A DNA stretch of 64,000 bases from Eledone cirrhosa (taxonomy: Eukaryota), in contig OZ024743.1 of the NCBI GenBank assembly GCA_964016885.1, positions 334,304,001-334,368,000 on the forward strand. The letters run 5' to 3'. Within the stretch, counting starts at the first letter, position 1. Each line of letters starts with the position of its first letter. A program made the position numbers and the translations under genes. Of the stretch, positions 50,801 to 64,000 are shown one piece after another. The notes beneath the pieces were generated by a model. The model made no database searches. It saw only the letters and a list, made by a program, of their open reading frames with translations, and had not been told where the DNA came from.

Positions 50801-53800
50801 TATATCCCATTCTTTCACCCTCCTTCTCTATATCCCATTCTCTCACCCCCCTTCTCTATATACGATTCTCTCACACTCCTTCTCTCTATCCCATTCTCTC
50901 ACACTCCTTCTCAATCCCATTCTCTCACACTCCTTCTCTATATCCCATTCTCTCACACTCCTTCTATATCCCATTCTCTCACACTCCTTCTCCATCCCAT
51001 TCTCTCAAACTCCTTCTCAATATCCCATTCTCTCACACTCCATCTCTATATCCCATTCTCTCACACTCCTTCTCTATATCCCATTCTCTCACACTCCTTC
51101 TATATCCCATTCTCTCACACTCCTTCTCCATCCCATTCTCTCATTATCCCTCTCTATATCCCATTCTCTCACTCTCCTTCTTTATCCCATTCTCTCACAC
51201 TCCTTCTCTCTATCTCATTCTCTCACACTCCTTCTCTATTTCCCATTCTCTCACTCTCCTTCTTTATCCCATTCTCTCACACTCCTTCTCTCTATCCCAT
51301 TCTCTCACACTCCTTCTATATCCCATTCTCTCACACTCCTTCTCTATCCTAATCTCTCACACTCCTTCTCTATATCTCATTCTCTCACTCTCCTTCTTTA
51401 TCCTAAGCTCTCACCCTCCTTCTCTATATCCCATTCTCTCACACTCCTTCTCTCTATCCCATTCTTTCACACTCCTTCTCTACCCCATTCTCTCACACTC
51501 CTTCTCTATATCCCATTCTCTCACTCTCCTTCTTTATCACATTCTCTCACACTCCTTCTCTCTATTCCATTCTCTCACACTCCTTCTATATCCCATTCTC
51601 TCACACTCCTTCTCTATCCTAATCTCTCACACTCCTTCTCTATATACCATTCTCTCACACTCCATCTCTATATCCCATTCTCTCACTCTCCTTCTTTATC
51701 CCATTCTCTCACACTCCTTCTCTCTATCCCATTCTCTCACACTCCTTCTATATCCCATTCTCTCACACTCCTTCTCTATCCTAATCTCTCACCCTCCTCT
51801 ATATCCCATTCTCTCACACTCCTTCTCTATATCCCATTGTCTCACACTCCTTCGCTATATCCCATTCTCTCACCCCCTTCTCTATATCCTATTCTCTCAC
51901 CCTCCTTCTCTATATCCCATTCACTCACACTCCTTCTCTATCCCATTCTCTCACACTTCTTCTCTGTATCCCATTCTCTCACTCTCCTTCTTTATCCCAT
52001 TCTCCACACTCCTTCTCTCTATCCCATTCTCTCACACTCCTTCTCTCTATCCCATTCTCTCACCCTCGTTCTCTATATCCCATTCTCTCACACTCCTTCT
52101 CTATATCCCATTCTCTCACACTCCTTCTCTATATCCCATTCTCTCACCCTCCTTCTCTATATCCCATTCTTTCACACTCTTTCTCTATATCCCATTCTCT
52201 CACTCTCCTTCTTTATCCCATTCTCTCACACTCCTACTCTCTATCCCATTCTTTCACACTCATTCTCTCTATCCCATTCTCTCACTCTCCTTCTCTATCC
52301 CATTCTCTCACCCTCCTTCTCTATCCCATTCTCTCACACTCCTTCTCCATATCCCATTCTCTCACACTCCTTCTCTATATCCCATTCTCTCACACTCCTT
52401 CTCTATATCCCATTCTCTCACACTCCTTCTCTATATCCCATTCTCTCACAATCCTTCTATATATCCCATTCTCTCACACTCCTTCTGTATATCCCATTCT
52501 CTCACACTCCTTCTCTCTATCCCATTCTCTCACCCTCCTCCTCTATATCCCATTCTCTCACACTCCTTCTCTCTAATCTATTCTCTCACACTCCTTCTAT
52601 ATCCCATTCTCTCACACTCCTTCTATATCCCATTCTCTCACACTCCTTCTCTATATCCCATTCTCTCACACTCCTTCTCTATATCCCATTCTCTCACTCT
52701 CCTTCTTTATCCCATTCTCTCACACTCCTTCTCTATATCCCATTCTCTCACACTCCTTCTCTATATCCCATTCTCTCACACTCCTTCTCTATATCCCATT
52801 CTCTCACACCCCTTCTCAATATCCCATTCTCTCACAATCCTTATCTATATCCCATTATCTCTCACTCCTTCTCTATATCCCATTCTCTCACACTCCTTCT
52901 GTATATCCCATTCTCTCACTATCCCTCTCTATATCCCATTCTCTCACACTCCTTCTGTATATCCCATTCTCTCACTATCCCTCTCTATATCCCATTCTCT
53001 CACACTCCTTCTCTATCCCGTTCTTTCACACTCCTTCTCTATCTTATTCTCTCACACTACTTCTCTATCCCCTTCTATCACACTCCTTCACTATCTCATT
53101 CTCTCACACTCCTTCTCTATCCTATTCTCCCACACTCCATTTCTATATCCCATTCTCCCACACTCCTTCTCTATCCCGTTGTCTCACATTCCTTCTCTCT
53201 CCCATTCTCTCACACTCCTTCTCTATTACATTCTCTCACCCTCCTTCTCTATATCCCATTGTCTCACACTCCTTCTCTATATCCCATTCTCTCACACTCC
53301 TTCTGTATATCCCATTCTCTTACACTCTTTTTCTATATCCCATTCTCTCACACTCCTTCTCTATATCCCATTCTCTCACCCTCCTTCTTTATATCCCATT
53401 CTCTCACCCTCCTTCTCTATATCCCATTCTTTCACCCTCCTTCTCTATCCCATTCTACCACACTCCTTCTCTATATCCCATTCTCTCACACTCCTTCTCT
53501 ATGTCCCAATCTCTCACACTCCTTCTCTATATCCCATTCTCTCACCCTCCTTCTATATCCCATTCTCTCACTATCCATCTCTATATCCCATTCTGTCACA
53601 CTCCTTCTCTATATCCCATTCTCTCACACTCCTTCTCTATATCCCATTCTCTCACACTCCTTCTCTATCCCATACTCTCACACTCCTTCTCTATATCCCA
53701 TTCTTTTACCCTCCTTCTCTATATCCCATTCTCTCACCCTCCTTCTCTATATCCCATTCTCTCACCCTCCTTCTCTATATCCCATTCTCTCACCCTCCAT

Positions 53801-54340
53801 CTCTATCCCATTCTCTCACACTCCTCCTCTATATCCAATTATCTCACACTCCTTCTCTATATCCCATTCTCTCACCCTCCTTGTATATCCCATTCTCTCA
53901 CTATCCCTCTCTATATCCCATTCTGTCACACTCCTTCTCTATATCCCATTCTCTCACTATCCCTCTCTATATCCCATTCTCTCACCCTCCTTCTCTATCC
54001 CATTCTCTCACACTCCTCCTCTATATCCCATTCTCTCACCCTCCTTCTCTATCCCATTCTCTCACTATCCCTCTCTATATCCCATTCTCTCACCCTCCTT
54101 CTCTATCCCATTCTCTCACACTCCTCCTCTATATCCAATTCTCTCACACTCCTTCCCTATATCCCATTCTCTCACTACCCCTCTCTATATCCCATTCTCT
54201 CACACCCCTTCGCTATATCCCATTCTCTCACTATCCCTCTCTATATCCCATTCTCTCACACTCCTTCTCTATATCCCATTCTCTCACTATCCCTCTCTAT
54301 ATCCCATTCTCTAACACTCCTTCTCTATATCCCATTCTCT

Positions 54341-54606
54341 GGGCAAATTATGCAAATATAGATGAAAAAGTATCCCACGTGCATCAACTGACAGAGAAGG
54401 AAGAAACAATGCGTGAGGGCTTAGCCAAGGAGACACAATATAGAAAGGCAGGAAATAGTAAAACAGAAGAGAATAATTTGGACTGTAGTACGTGCAGATA
54501 AAGAACGACAAAGGCGCAGAAAAGATAAGAGGTAGAACAGAGGAAATTAGACCGAGCGGTATGATGTCTATTATATGATAGTTAAAAAAAAGCCCGGATG
54601 ACTAAG
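54341..54606. other. 266-bp non-satellite insert, copy 1 (origin unknown)
   Basis: Purine-rich sequence GGGCAAATTATGCAAAT...GCCCGGATGACTAAG interrupting the array; near-identical to 60900-61165. Confidence 0.9.
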
Positions 54607-57600
54607 TATCCCATTCTCTCACACTGCTTCTGTATATCCCATTCTCTCACACTCCTTCTCTATATCCCATTCTCTCACACTCCATCTCTATATCCCATTC
54701 TCTCACACTCCTTCTCTATATCCCATTCTCTCACACTCCATCTCTATATCCCATTCTCTCACACTCCTTCTCTATATCCCATTCTCTCACACTCCATCTC
54801 TATATCCCATTCTCTCACTCTCCTTCTCTATATCCCATTCTCTCACACTCCTTCTATATCCCATTCTCTCACACTCCTCCTCTATATCCCATTCTCTCAC
54901 ACTCCTTCTCTATATGCCCTTCTCTCACACTTCTTCCCTATATTCCATTCTCTCACACTCCTCCTCTATATCCCATTCTCTCACACTCCTTCTATATCCC
55001 ATTCTCTCACCCTATATCCCATTCTCTCACCCTATACCTTCTATATCCCATTCTCTCACACTCCATCTCTATATCCCATTCTCTCACACTCCTTCTCTAT
55101 CCCATTCTCTCACCCTCCTCCTCTATATCCCATTCTCTCACATTCCTTCTCTATATCCCATTCTCTCACCCTCCTTCTCTATATCCCATTCTCTCACATT
55201 CCTTTTCTATATCCCATTCTCTCACTCTCCTTCTCTATATCCCATTCTCTCACACTCCTTCTCTATATCCCATTCTTTCACCCTCCTTCTCTATATCCCA
55301 TTCGCTCACACTCCTTCTCTATATCCCATTCTCTCACATTCCTTCTCTATATCCCATTCTCTCACACTCCTTCTCTATATACCATTCTCTCACACTCCTT
55401 CTTTATATCCCATTCTCTCTCCCTCCTACTTTATATCCCATTCTCTCACACTCATTCTTTATATCCCATTCTCTCACACTCCTTCTCTAGCCCATTCTCT
55501 CACACTCCTTCTCTATATCCCATTCTCTCAGCCTCCTTCTCTATATCCCATTCTCTCACACTCCTTCTCTATATCCCATTCTCTCACCCTCCTTCTCTAT
55601 ATCCCATTCTCTCAAACACCTTCTCTATATCTATTTCTCACACACTCCTTCTCTATCCCATTCTCTCACTATCCCTCTCTATATCCAATTCTCTCACCCT
55701 CCTTCTCTATATCCCATTCTCTCACACTCCTTCTCTATATCCCATTATCTGACCCTCCTTCTCTATCCCATTCTCTCACTATCCCTCTCTATATCCCATT
55801 CTCTCCCCCTCCTCCCCTATATCCCATTCTCTCACACTCCTTCTGTATATCCCATTCTCTCACATTCCTTCTCTATATCCCATTCTCTCACCCTCCTTCT
55901 CTATCCCATTCTCTCACCCTCCTCCTCTATATCCCATTCTATCACACTCCTTCTCTCTATCCCATTCTCTCTCCCTCCTTCTTTATATCCCATTCTCTCA
56001 CACTCCTTCTCTAGCCCATTCTCCCACACTCCTTCTCTATATCCCATTCTCTCACACTCCTTCTCTATCCCATTCTTTCCCGCTCCTTCTCTATCCCATT
56101 CTCTCACACTCCTTCTCTATATCCCATTCTCTCACACTCCTTCTCTATCCCATTCTCTTACGCTCCTTCTCTATATCCCATTCTCTCACCCTCCTTCTCT
56201 CTATCCCATTCTCTCACCCTCCTTCTCTATCCCATTCTCTCACACTCCTTCTCTATATCCCATTCTCTCACCCTCCTTCTCTATATCCCATTCTCTCACA
56301 CACCTTCTCTATATCCCATTCTCTCACCCTCCTTCTCTATCCCATTCTCTCACCCTCCTTCTCTATCCCATTCTCTCACACTCCTTCTCTATATCCCATT
56401 CTCTCACACTCCTTCTCTATATCCCATTCTCTCACCCTCCTTCTCTATATCCCATTCTCTCACACTCCTTCTCTATATCCCATTCTCTCACCCTCCTTCC
56501 TCCTTCTCTATCCCATTCTCTCACCCTCCTTCTCTATCCCATTCTCTCACACTCCTTCTCTATATCCCATTCTCTCACTCTCCTTCTCTATATCCCATTC
56601 TCTCACGCTCCTTCTCTATATGCCATTCTCTCACACTCCTTCTCTATATCCCATTCTCTCTCACTCCTTCTCTATATCCCATTCCCTCACTCTCCTTCTC
56701 TATCCCATTCTCTCACCCTCCTTCTCTATATCCCATTCTCTCACACTCCCTCTCTATATCCCATTCTTTCACCCTCCTTCTCTATATCCCATTCTCTCAC
56801 TCTCCTTCTCTATCCCATTCTCTTAGTGTCCTTCTCCATATCCCATTCTCTCACACTCCTTCTCTATATCCCATTCTCTCACACTCCCTCTCTATATCCC
56901 ATTCTTTCACCCTCCTTCTCTATATCCCATTCTCTCACCCTCCTTCTCTATATCCCATTCTCTCACACTCCTTCTCTCTATCCCATTCTCTCACACTCCT
57001 TCTCTATCCCATTCCCTCACACTCCTTCTCTATATCCCATTCTCTCACACTCCTTCTATATCCCATTCTCTCACACCCCTTCTCCATCCTATTCTCTCAC
57101 ACTCCTTCTCTATATCCCATTCTCTCACACTCCTTCTCTATATCCCATTCTCTCACTATCCCTCTCTATATCCCATTCTCTCACTCTCCTTCTTTATCCC
57201 ATTCTCTCACACTCCTTCTCTCTATCCCATTCTCTCACACTCCTTCTATATCCCATTCTCTCACACTCCTTCTCTATCCTAATCTCTCACCTTTCTTCTC
57301 TATATCCCATTCTCTCACACTCCTTCTCTCTATCCCATTCTCTCACACTCCTTCTCTATCCCATTCTCTCACACTCCTTCTCTATATCCCATTCTCTCAC
57401 TCTCCTTCTTTATCCCATTCTCTCACACTCCTTCTCTCTATCCCATTCTCTCACACTCCTTCTATATCCCATTCTCTCACACTCCTTCTCTATCCTAATC
57501 TCTCACACTCCTTCTCTATATCCCATTCTCTCACTCTCCCTCTTTATCCCATTCTCTCACACTCCTTCTCTCTATCCCATTCTCTCACACTCATTCTCTA

Positions 57601-60600
57601 TCCTAATCTCTCACCCTCCTTCTCTATATCCCATTTTCTCACACTCCTTCTCTCTATCCCATTCTCTCACCCTCCTTCTCTATATCCCATTCTCTCACCC
57701 TCCTTCTCTCTATCCCATTCTCTCACCTCCTTCTCTATCCCATTCTCTCACACTCCTTCTCTATCTCATTCTCTTACCCTCCTTATCTATATCCCATTCT
57801 CTCACCCTCCTTCTCTCTATCCCATTCTCTCACACTCCTTCTCTATATCCCATTCTCTCACCCTCCTTCTCTATATCCCATTCTCTCACACACCTTCTCT
57901 ATATCCCATTCTCTCACCCTCCTTCTCTATCCCATTCTCTCACCCTCCTTCTCTATCCCATTCTCTCACACTCCTTCTCTATATCCCATTCTCTCACATT
58001 CCTTCTCTATATCCCATTCTCTCACCCTCCTTCTATATATCCCATTCTCTCACACTCCTTCTCTATATCCCATTCTCTCACCCTCCTTCCTCTTTCTCTA
58101 TCCCATTCTCTCACCCTCCTTCTCTATCCCATTCTCTCACACTCCTTCTCTATATCCCATTCTCTCACTCTCCTTCTCTATATCCCATTCTCTCACGCTC
58201 CTTCTCTATATCCCATTCTCTCAAACTCCTTCTCTATATCCCATTCTCTCTCACTCCTTCTCTATATCCCATTCCCTCACACTCCTTCTCTATTCCATTC
58301 TCTCACCCTCCTTCTCTATCCCATTCTCTCACTCTCCTTCTCTATCCCATTCTCTTAGTGTCCTTTTCCATATCCCATTCTCTCACACTCCTTCTCTATA
58401 TCCCATTCTCTCACACTCCCTCTCTATATCCCATTCTTTCACCCTCCTTCTCTATATCCCATTCTCTCACACTCCTTCTCTCTATCCCATTCTCTCACAC
58501 TCCTTCTCTATCCCATTCTCTCACACTCCTTCTCTATATCCCATTCTCTCACACTCCTTCTATATCCCATTCTCTCACACTCCTTCTCCATCCCATTCTC
58601 TCACACTCCTTCTCTATATCCCATTCTCTCACACTCCTTCTCTATATCCCATTCTCTCACTATCCCTCTCTATATCCCATTCTCTCACTCTCCTTCTTTA
58701 TCCCATTCTCTCACACTCCTTCTCTCTATCCCATTCTCTCACACTCCTTCTATATCCCATTCTCTCATACTCCTTCTCTATCCTAATCTCTCACCCTTCT
58801 TCTCTATATCCCATTCTCTCATACTCCTTCCCTATCCTAATCTCTCACCCTTCTTCTCTATATCCCATTCTCTCACACTCCTTCTCTCTATCCCATTCTC
58901 TCACACTCCTTCTCTATATCCCATTCTCTCACACTCCTTCTCTATATCCCATTCTCTCACTCTCCTTCTTTATCCCATTCTCTCACACTCCTTCTCTCTA
59001 TCCCATTCTCTCACACTCCTTCTCTATATCCCATTCTCTCACTCTCCTTCTTTATCCCATTCTCTCACACTCATTCTCTATCCTAATCTCTCACCCTCCT
59101 TCTCTATATACCATTCTCTCACACCCCTTCTCTCTATCCCATTCTCTCACCCTCCTTCCTCCTTCTCTATATCCCATTCTCTCACACTCCTTCCCTATAT
59201 CCCATTCTCTCACCCCCTTCTCTATATCCCATTCTCTCACCCTCCTTCTCTATATCCCATTCACTCACACTCCTTCTCTATCCCATTCTCTCACACTCCT
59301 TCTCTATATCCCATTCTCTCACCCTCCTTCTCTATATCCCATTCTCTTACTCTCCTTCTTTATCCCATTCTCTCACACTCCTACTCTCTATCCCATTCTT
59401 TCACACTCCTTCTCTCTATCCCATTCTCTCACTCTCCTTCTCTATCCCATTCTCTCACCCTCCTTCTCTATGCCATTCTCTTACACTCCTTCTCTATATC
59501 CCATTCTCTCACACTCCTTCTCTATATCCCATTCTCTCACACTCCTTCTCTATATCCCATTCTCTCACACTCCTTCTCTATATCCCATTCTCTCACAATC
59601 CTTCTCTATATCCCATTATCTCTCACTCCTTCTCTATATCCCATTCTCTCACACTCCTTCTGTATATCCCATTCTCTCACTCTCCTTCTTTATCCCATTC
59701 TCTCACACTCCTTCTCTCTATCCCATTCTCTCACCCTCCTCCTCTATATCCCATTCTCTCACACTCCTTCTCTCTATCCCATTCTCTCACACTCCTTCTA
59801 TATCCCATTCTGTCACACCCCTTCTCTACCCCATTCTCTCACACTCCTTCTCTATATCCCATTCTCTCACACTCCTTCTCTATATCCCATTCTCTCACTC
59901 TCCTTCTTTATCCCATTCTCTCACACTCCTTCTTTATATCCCATTCTCTCACACTCCTTCTCTATATCCCACTCTCTCACACCCCTTCTCTATATCCTAT
60001 TCTCTCACACTCCTTCTTTATATCCCATTCTCTCACACTCCTTCTCTATATCCCATTCTCTCACTCTCCTTCTTTATCCCATTCTCTCACACTCCTTCTC
60101 TATATCCCATTATCTCTCACTCCTTCTCTATATCCCATTCTCTCACACTCCTTCTCTATATCCCATTCTCTCACACTCCTTCTGTATATCCCATTCTCTC
60201 ACTATCCCTCTCTATATCCCATTCTCTCACACTCCTTCTGTATATCCCATTCTCTCACTATCCCTCTCTATATCCCATTCTCTCACACTCCTTCTCTATC
60301 CCGTTCTTTCACACTCCTTCTCTATCTTATTCTCTCACACTACTTCTCTATCCTCTTCTATCACACTCCTTCACTATCTCATTCTCTCACACTCCTTCTC
60401 TATCCCATTCTCCCACACTCCATTTCTATATCCCATTCTCTCACACTCCTTCTCTATCCCATTCTCTCACTCTCCTTCTCTCTCCCATTCTCTCACACTC
60501 CTTCTCTATTACATTCTCTCACCCTCCTTCTCTATATCCCATTCTCTCACACTCATTCTCTATATCCCATTCTATCACACTCCTTCTCTATATCCCATTC

Positions 60601-60899
60601 TCTTACACTCCTTCTCTATATCCCATTCTCTCACACTCCTTCTCTATATCCCATTCTCTCACCCTCCTTCTCTATATCCCATTCTCTCACACTCCTTCTC
60701 TATATCCCATTCTCTCACCCTCCTTCCTCATTCTCTATATCCCATTCTCTCAGCCTCCTTCTCTATATCCCATTCTCTCACCCTCCTTCTCTATATCCCA
60801 TTCTCTCACCTTCCTTCTCTATATCCCATTCTCTCATACAACTTCTCTATATCCCATTCTCTCACACTCCTTCTCTATATCCCATTCTCTCACACTCCT

Positions 60900-61165
60900 G
60901 GGCAAATTATGCAAATATAGATGAAAAAGTATCCCACGTGCATCAACTGACAGAGAAGGAAGAAACAATGCGTGAGGGCTTAGCCAAGGAGACAAAATAT
61001 AGAAAGGCAGGAAATAGTAAAACAGAAGAGAATAATTTGGACTGTAGTACGTGCAGATAAAGAACGACAAAGGCGCAGAAAAGATAAGATGGAGAACAGA
61101 GGAAATTAGACCGAGCGGTATGATGTCTATTATATGATAGTTAAAAAAAAGCCCGGATGACTAAG
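60900..61165. other. 266-bp non-satellite insert, copy 2
   Basis: Three substitutions seen relative to copy 1; same right junction, including the rare ACTGCTTC monomer variant. Confidence 0.9.
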
Positions 61166-64000
61166 TATCCCATTCTCTCACACTGCTTCTCTATATCCCA
61201 TTCTCTCACACTCCTTCTCTATATCCCATTCTCTCACACTCCTTCTCTATATCCCATTCTCTCACACTCCTTCTCTATATCCCATTCTCTCACCCTCCTC
61301 CTCTATATCCCATTCTCTCACACTCCATCTCTCTATTCCATTCTTTCACACTCCTTCTCTATATCCCATTCTCTCACACTCCTCTATATCCCATTCTTTC
61401 ACACACCTTCTCTATATCCCATTCTCTCTCCCTCCTTCTTTATATCCCATTCTCTCACACTCCTTCTTTATATCCCATTCTCTCACACTCCTTCTCTAGC
61501 CCATTCTCTCACACTCCTTCTCTATATCCCATTCTCTCACACTCCTTCTCTATCCCATTCTTTCACCATCCTTCTCTATCCCATTCTCTCACACTCCTTC
61601 TCTATCCCATTCTTTCACCCTCCTTCTCTATCCCATTCTCTGACACTCCTTCTCTAGCCCATTCTCTCACACTCCTTCTCTATATCCCATTCTCTCACAC
61701 TCCTTCTCTATATCCCATTCTCTCACCCTCCTTCTCTATCCCATTCTCTCACATTCCTTTTCTATATCCCATTCTCTCACTCTCCTTCTCTATATCCCAT
61801 TCTCTCACCCTCCTTCTCTATCCCATTCTCTCACCCCCTTCTCTATATGCCATTCTCTTACCCTCCTTCTCTATATGCCATTCTCTCACCCTCCTTCTCT
61901 CTATCCCATTCTCTCACCCTCCTTCTCTATTCCATTCTCTCACACTCCTTCTCTAGATCCCATTCTCTCACCCTCCTTCTCTATATCCCTTTCTTTCACC
62001 CTCCTTCTCTATATCCCATTCTCTCACCCTCCTTCTCTATATCCCATTCTCTCATACTCCTTCTCTATATCCCATTCTCTCACTCTCCTTCTCTATATCC
62101 CATTCTCTCATACTCCTTCTCCATATCCCATTATTTCACCCTCCTTCTCTATATCCCATTCTCTCACCCTCCTTCTCTCTATCCCATTCTCTCACCCTCC
62201 TTCTCTATTCCATTCTCTCACACTCCTTCTCTAGATCCCATTCTCTCACCCTCCTTCTCTATATCCCATTCTTTCACCCTCCTTCTCTATATCCCATTCT
62301 CTCACCCTCCTTCTCTATATGCCATTCTCTTACCCTCCTTCTCTATATGCCATTCTCTCACCCTCCTTCTCTGTATCCCATTCTCTCACCCTCCTTCTCT
62401 ATTCCATTCTCTCACACTCCTTCTCTAGATCCCATTCTCTCACCCTCCTTCTCTATATCCCATTCTTTCACCCTCCTTCTCTATATCCCATTCTCTCACC
62501 CTCCTTCTCTATATCCCATTCTTTCACCCTCCTTCTCTATATCCCATTCTCTCACCCTCCTTCTCTATATCCCATTCTCTCACCCTCCTTCTCTATTCCA
62601 TTCTCTCACACTCCTTCTCTATATCCCATTCTCTCACCCTCCTTCTCTATATCCCATTCTTTCACCCTCCTTCTCTATATCCCATTCTCTCACTCCCCTT
62701 CTCTATATCCCATTCTCTCATACTCCTTCTCTATATCCCATTCTTTCACCCTCCTTCTCTATATCCCATTCTTTCACCCTCCTTCTCTATATCCCATTCT
62801 CTCACCCTCCTTCTCTCTATCCCATTCTCTCACCCTCCTTCTCTATCCCATTCTCTCACACTCCTTCTCTAGATCCCATTCTCTCACCCTCCTTCTCTAT
62901 ATCCCATTCTTTCTCCCTCCTTTTCTATATCCCATTCTCTCACCCTCCTTCTCTATATCCCATTCTTTCACCCTCCTCCTCTATATCCCATTCTCTCACA
63001 CTCCATCTCTCTATTCCATTCTTTCACACTCCTTCTCTATATCCCATTCTCTCACACTCCTTCTCTATATCCCATTCTTTCACACACCGTCTCTATATCC
63101 CATTCTCTCTCCCTCCTTCTTTATATCCCATTCTCTCACACTCCTTCTTTATATCCCATTCTCTCACACTCCTTCTCTAGCCCATTCTCTCACACTCCTT
63201 CTCTATATCCCATTCTCTCACACTCCCTCTCTATCCCATTTTTCACCATCCTTCTCTATCCCATTCTCTCACACTCCTTCTCTATCCCATTCTTTCACCC
63301 TCCTTCTCTATCCCATTATCTGACACTCCTTCTCTAGCCCATTCTCTCACACTCCTTCTCTATATCCCATTCTCTCACACTCCTTCTCTATATCCCATTC
63401 TCTCACCCTCCTTCTCTATCCCATTCTCTCACATTCCTTTTCTATATCCCATTCTCTCACTCTCCTTCTCTATATCCCATTCTCTCACCCTCCTTCTCTA
63501 TCCCATTCTCTCACCCCCTTCTCTATATGCCATTCTCTTACCCTCCTTCTCTATATGCCATTCTCTCACCCTCCTTCTCTCTATCCCATTCTCTCACCCT
63601 CCTTCTCTATTCCATTCTCTCACACTCCTTCTCTAGATCCCATTCTCTCACCCTCCTTCTCTATATCCCTTTCTTTCACCCTCCTTCTCTATATCCCATT
63701 CTCTCACTCTCCTTCTCTATATCCCATTCTCTCATACTCCTTCTCTATATCCCATTCTTTCACCCTCCTTCTCTATATCCCATTCTCTCACCCTCCTTCT
63801 CTCTATCCCATTCTCTCACCCTCCTTCTCTATTCCATTCTCTCACACTCCTTCTCTAGATCCCATTCTCTCACCCTCCTTCTCTATATCCCTTTCTTTCA
63901 CCCTCCTTCTCTATATCCCATTCTCTCACCCTCCTTCTCTATATCCCATTCTCTCATACTCCTTCTCTATATCCCATTCTCTCACTCTCCTTCTCTATAT

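Larger units (their letters stand above)
20820..64000. repeat. 28-bp (26-bp variants) pyrimidine-rich satellite, consensus ATCCCATTCTCTCACACTCCTTCTCTAT; >43 kb, runs off the right edge
   Basis: Period read directly. The consensus has 23/28 pyrimidines and no G on the + strand. Interrupted only by two 266-bp inserts. Confidence 0.97.

Noticed and set aside
54311-54511. Short ORFs across the 266-bp inserts (also 60834-61070)
   Set aside because: Under 80 aa, running into satellite sequence, with no recognisable domain; the other frames contain multiple stops.
20702-63323. Giant ORFs (up to 3982 aa) of repeating SHSLTLLLYIPFSHTPSLYPILSHSFSI
   Set aside because: The G-free strand cannot form TAG/TGA and rarely TAA, and a 28-bp unit cycles through all three frames, so all frames are open with the same peptide. 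Starts are incidental variants; there is no evidence of coding.
20820-64000. Telomeric repeat, human satellite II/III (CCATT) homology, or G-quadruplex array
   Set aside because: No TTAGGG units, CCATT is only a 5-bp coincidence within a 28-mer, and there is just one GGG per monomer with long spacing.

Overview
Eukaryotic, gene-free, repeat-dominated window. The SINE type and microsatellite density suggest a coleoid cephalopod (Octopus-like) genome, but this is recalled, not verified. Two large tandem arrays, a 22-bp satellite (1-8310, with a 2481-bp higher-order duplication) and a G-free 28/26-bp pyrimidine-rich satellite (~20820-64000), flank a ~12.5-kb island of mobile DNA. In order, the island holds: a tRNA-derived SINE with target-site duplication (-); a 5'-truncated, decayed Tx1/L1-clade LINE (+); a full-length relative (-) with an intact APE-RT-CCHC ORF2; a DD37D (maT) Tc1/mariner transposon with an open transposase inside a (TA)n tract; a cluster of Penelope-type minimal hammerhead ribozyme motifs (-); and a second SINE head abutting the large satellite. 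Highlights: (i) both diverged LINE copies sit in (TATC)n/(GATA)n tracts in the same orientation relative to the tract, suggesting a GATA-microsatellite-specific Tx1 family, and they share a covarying 3'-UTR pseudoknot-like fold; (ii) two, possibly three, co-oriented type-I hammerheads with palindromic stem III and long stem II, separated by (TA)n tracts; (iii) a 266-bp non-satellite insert present twice inside the satellite. The giant ORFs in the 28-bp satellite are compositional artefacts.
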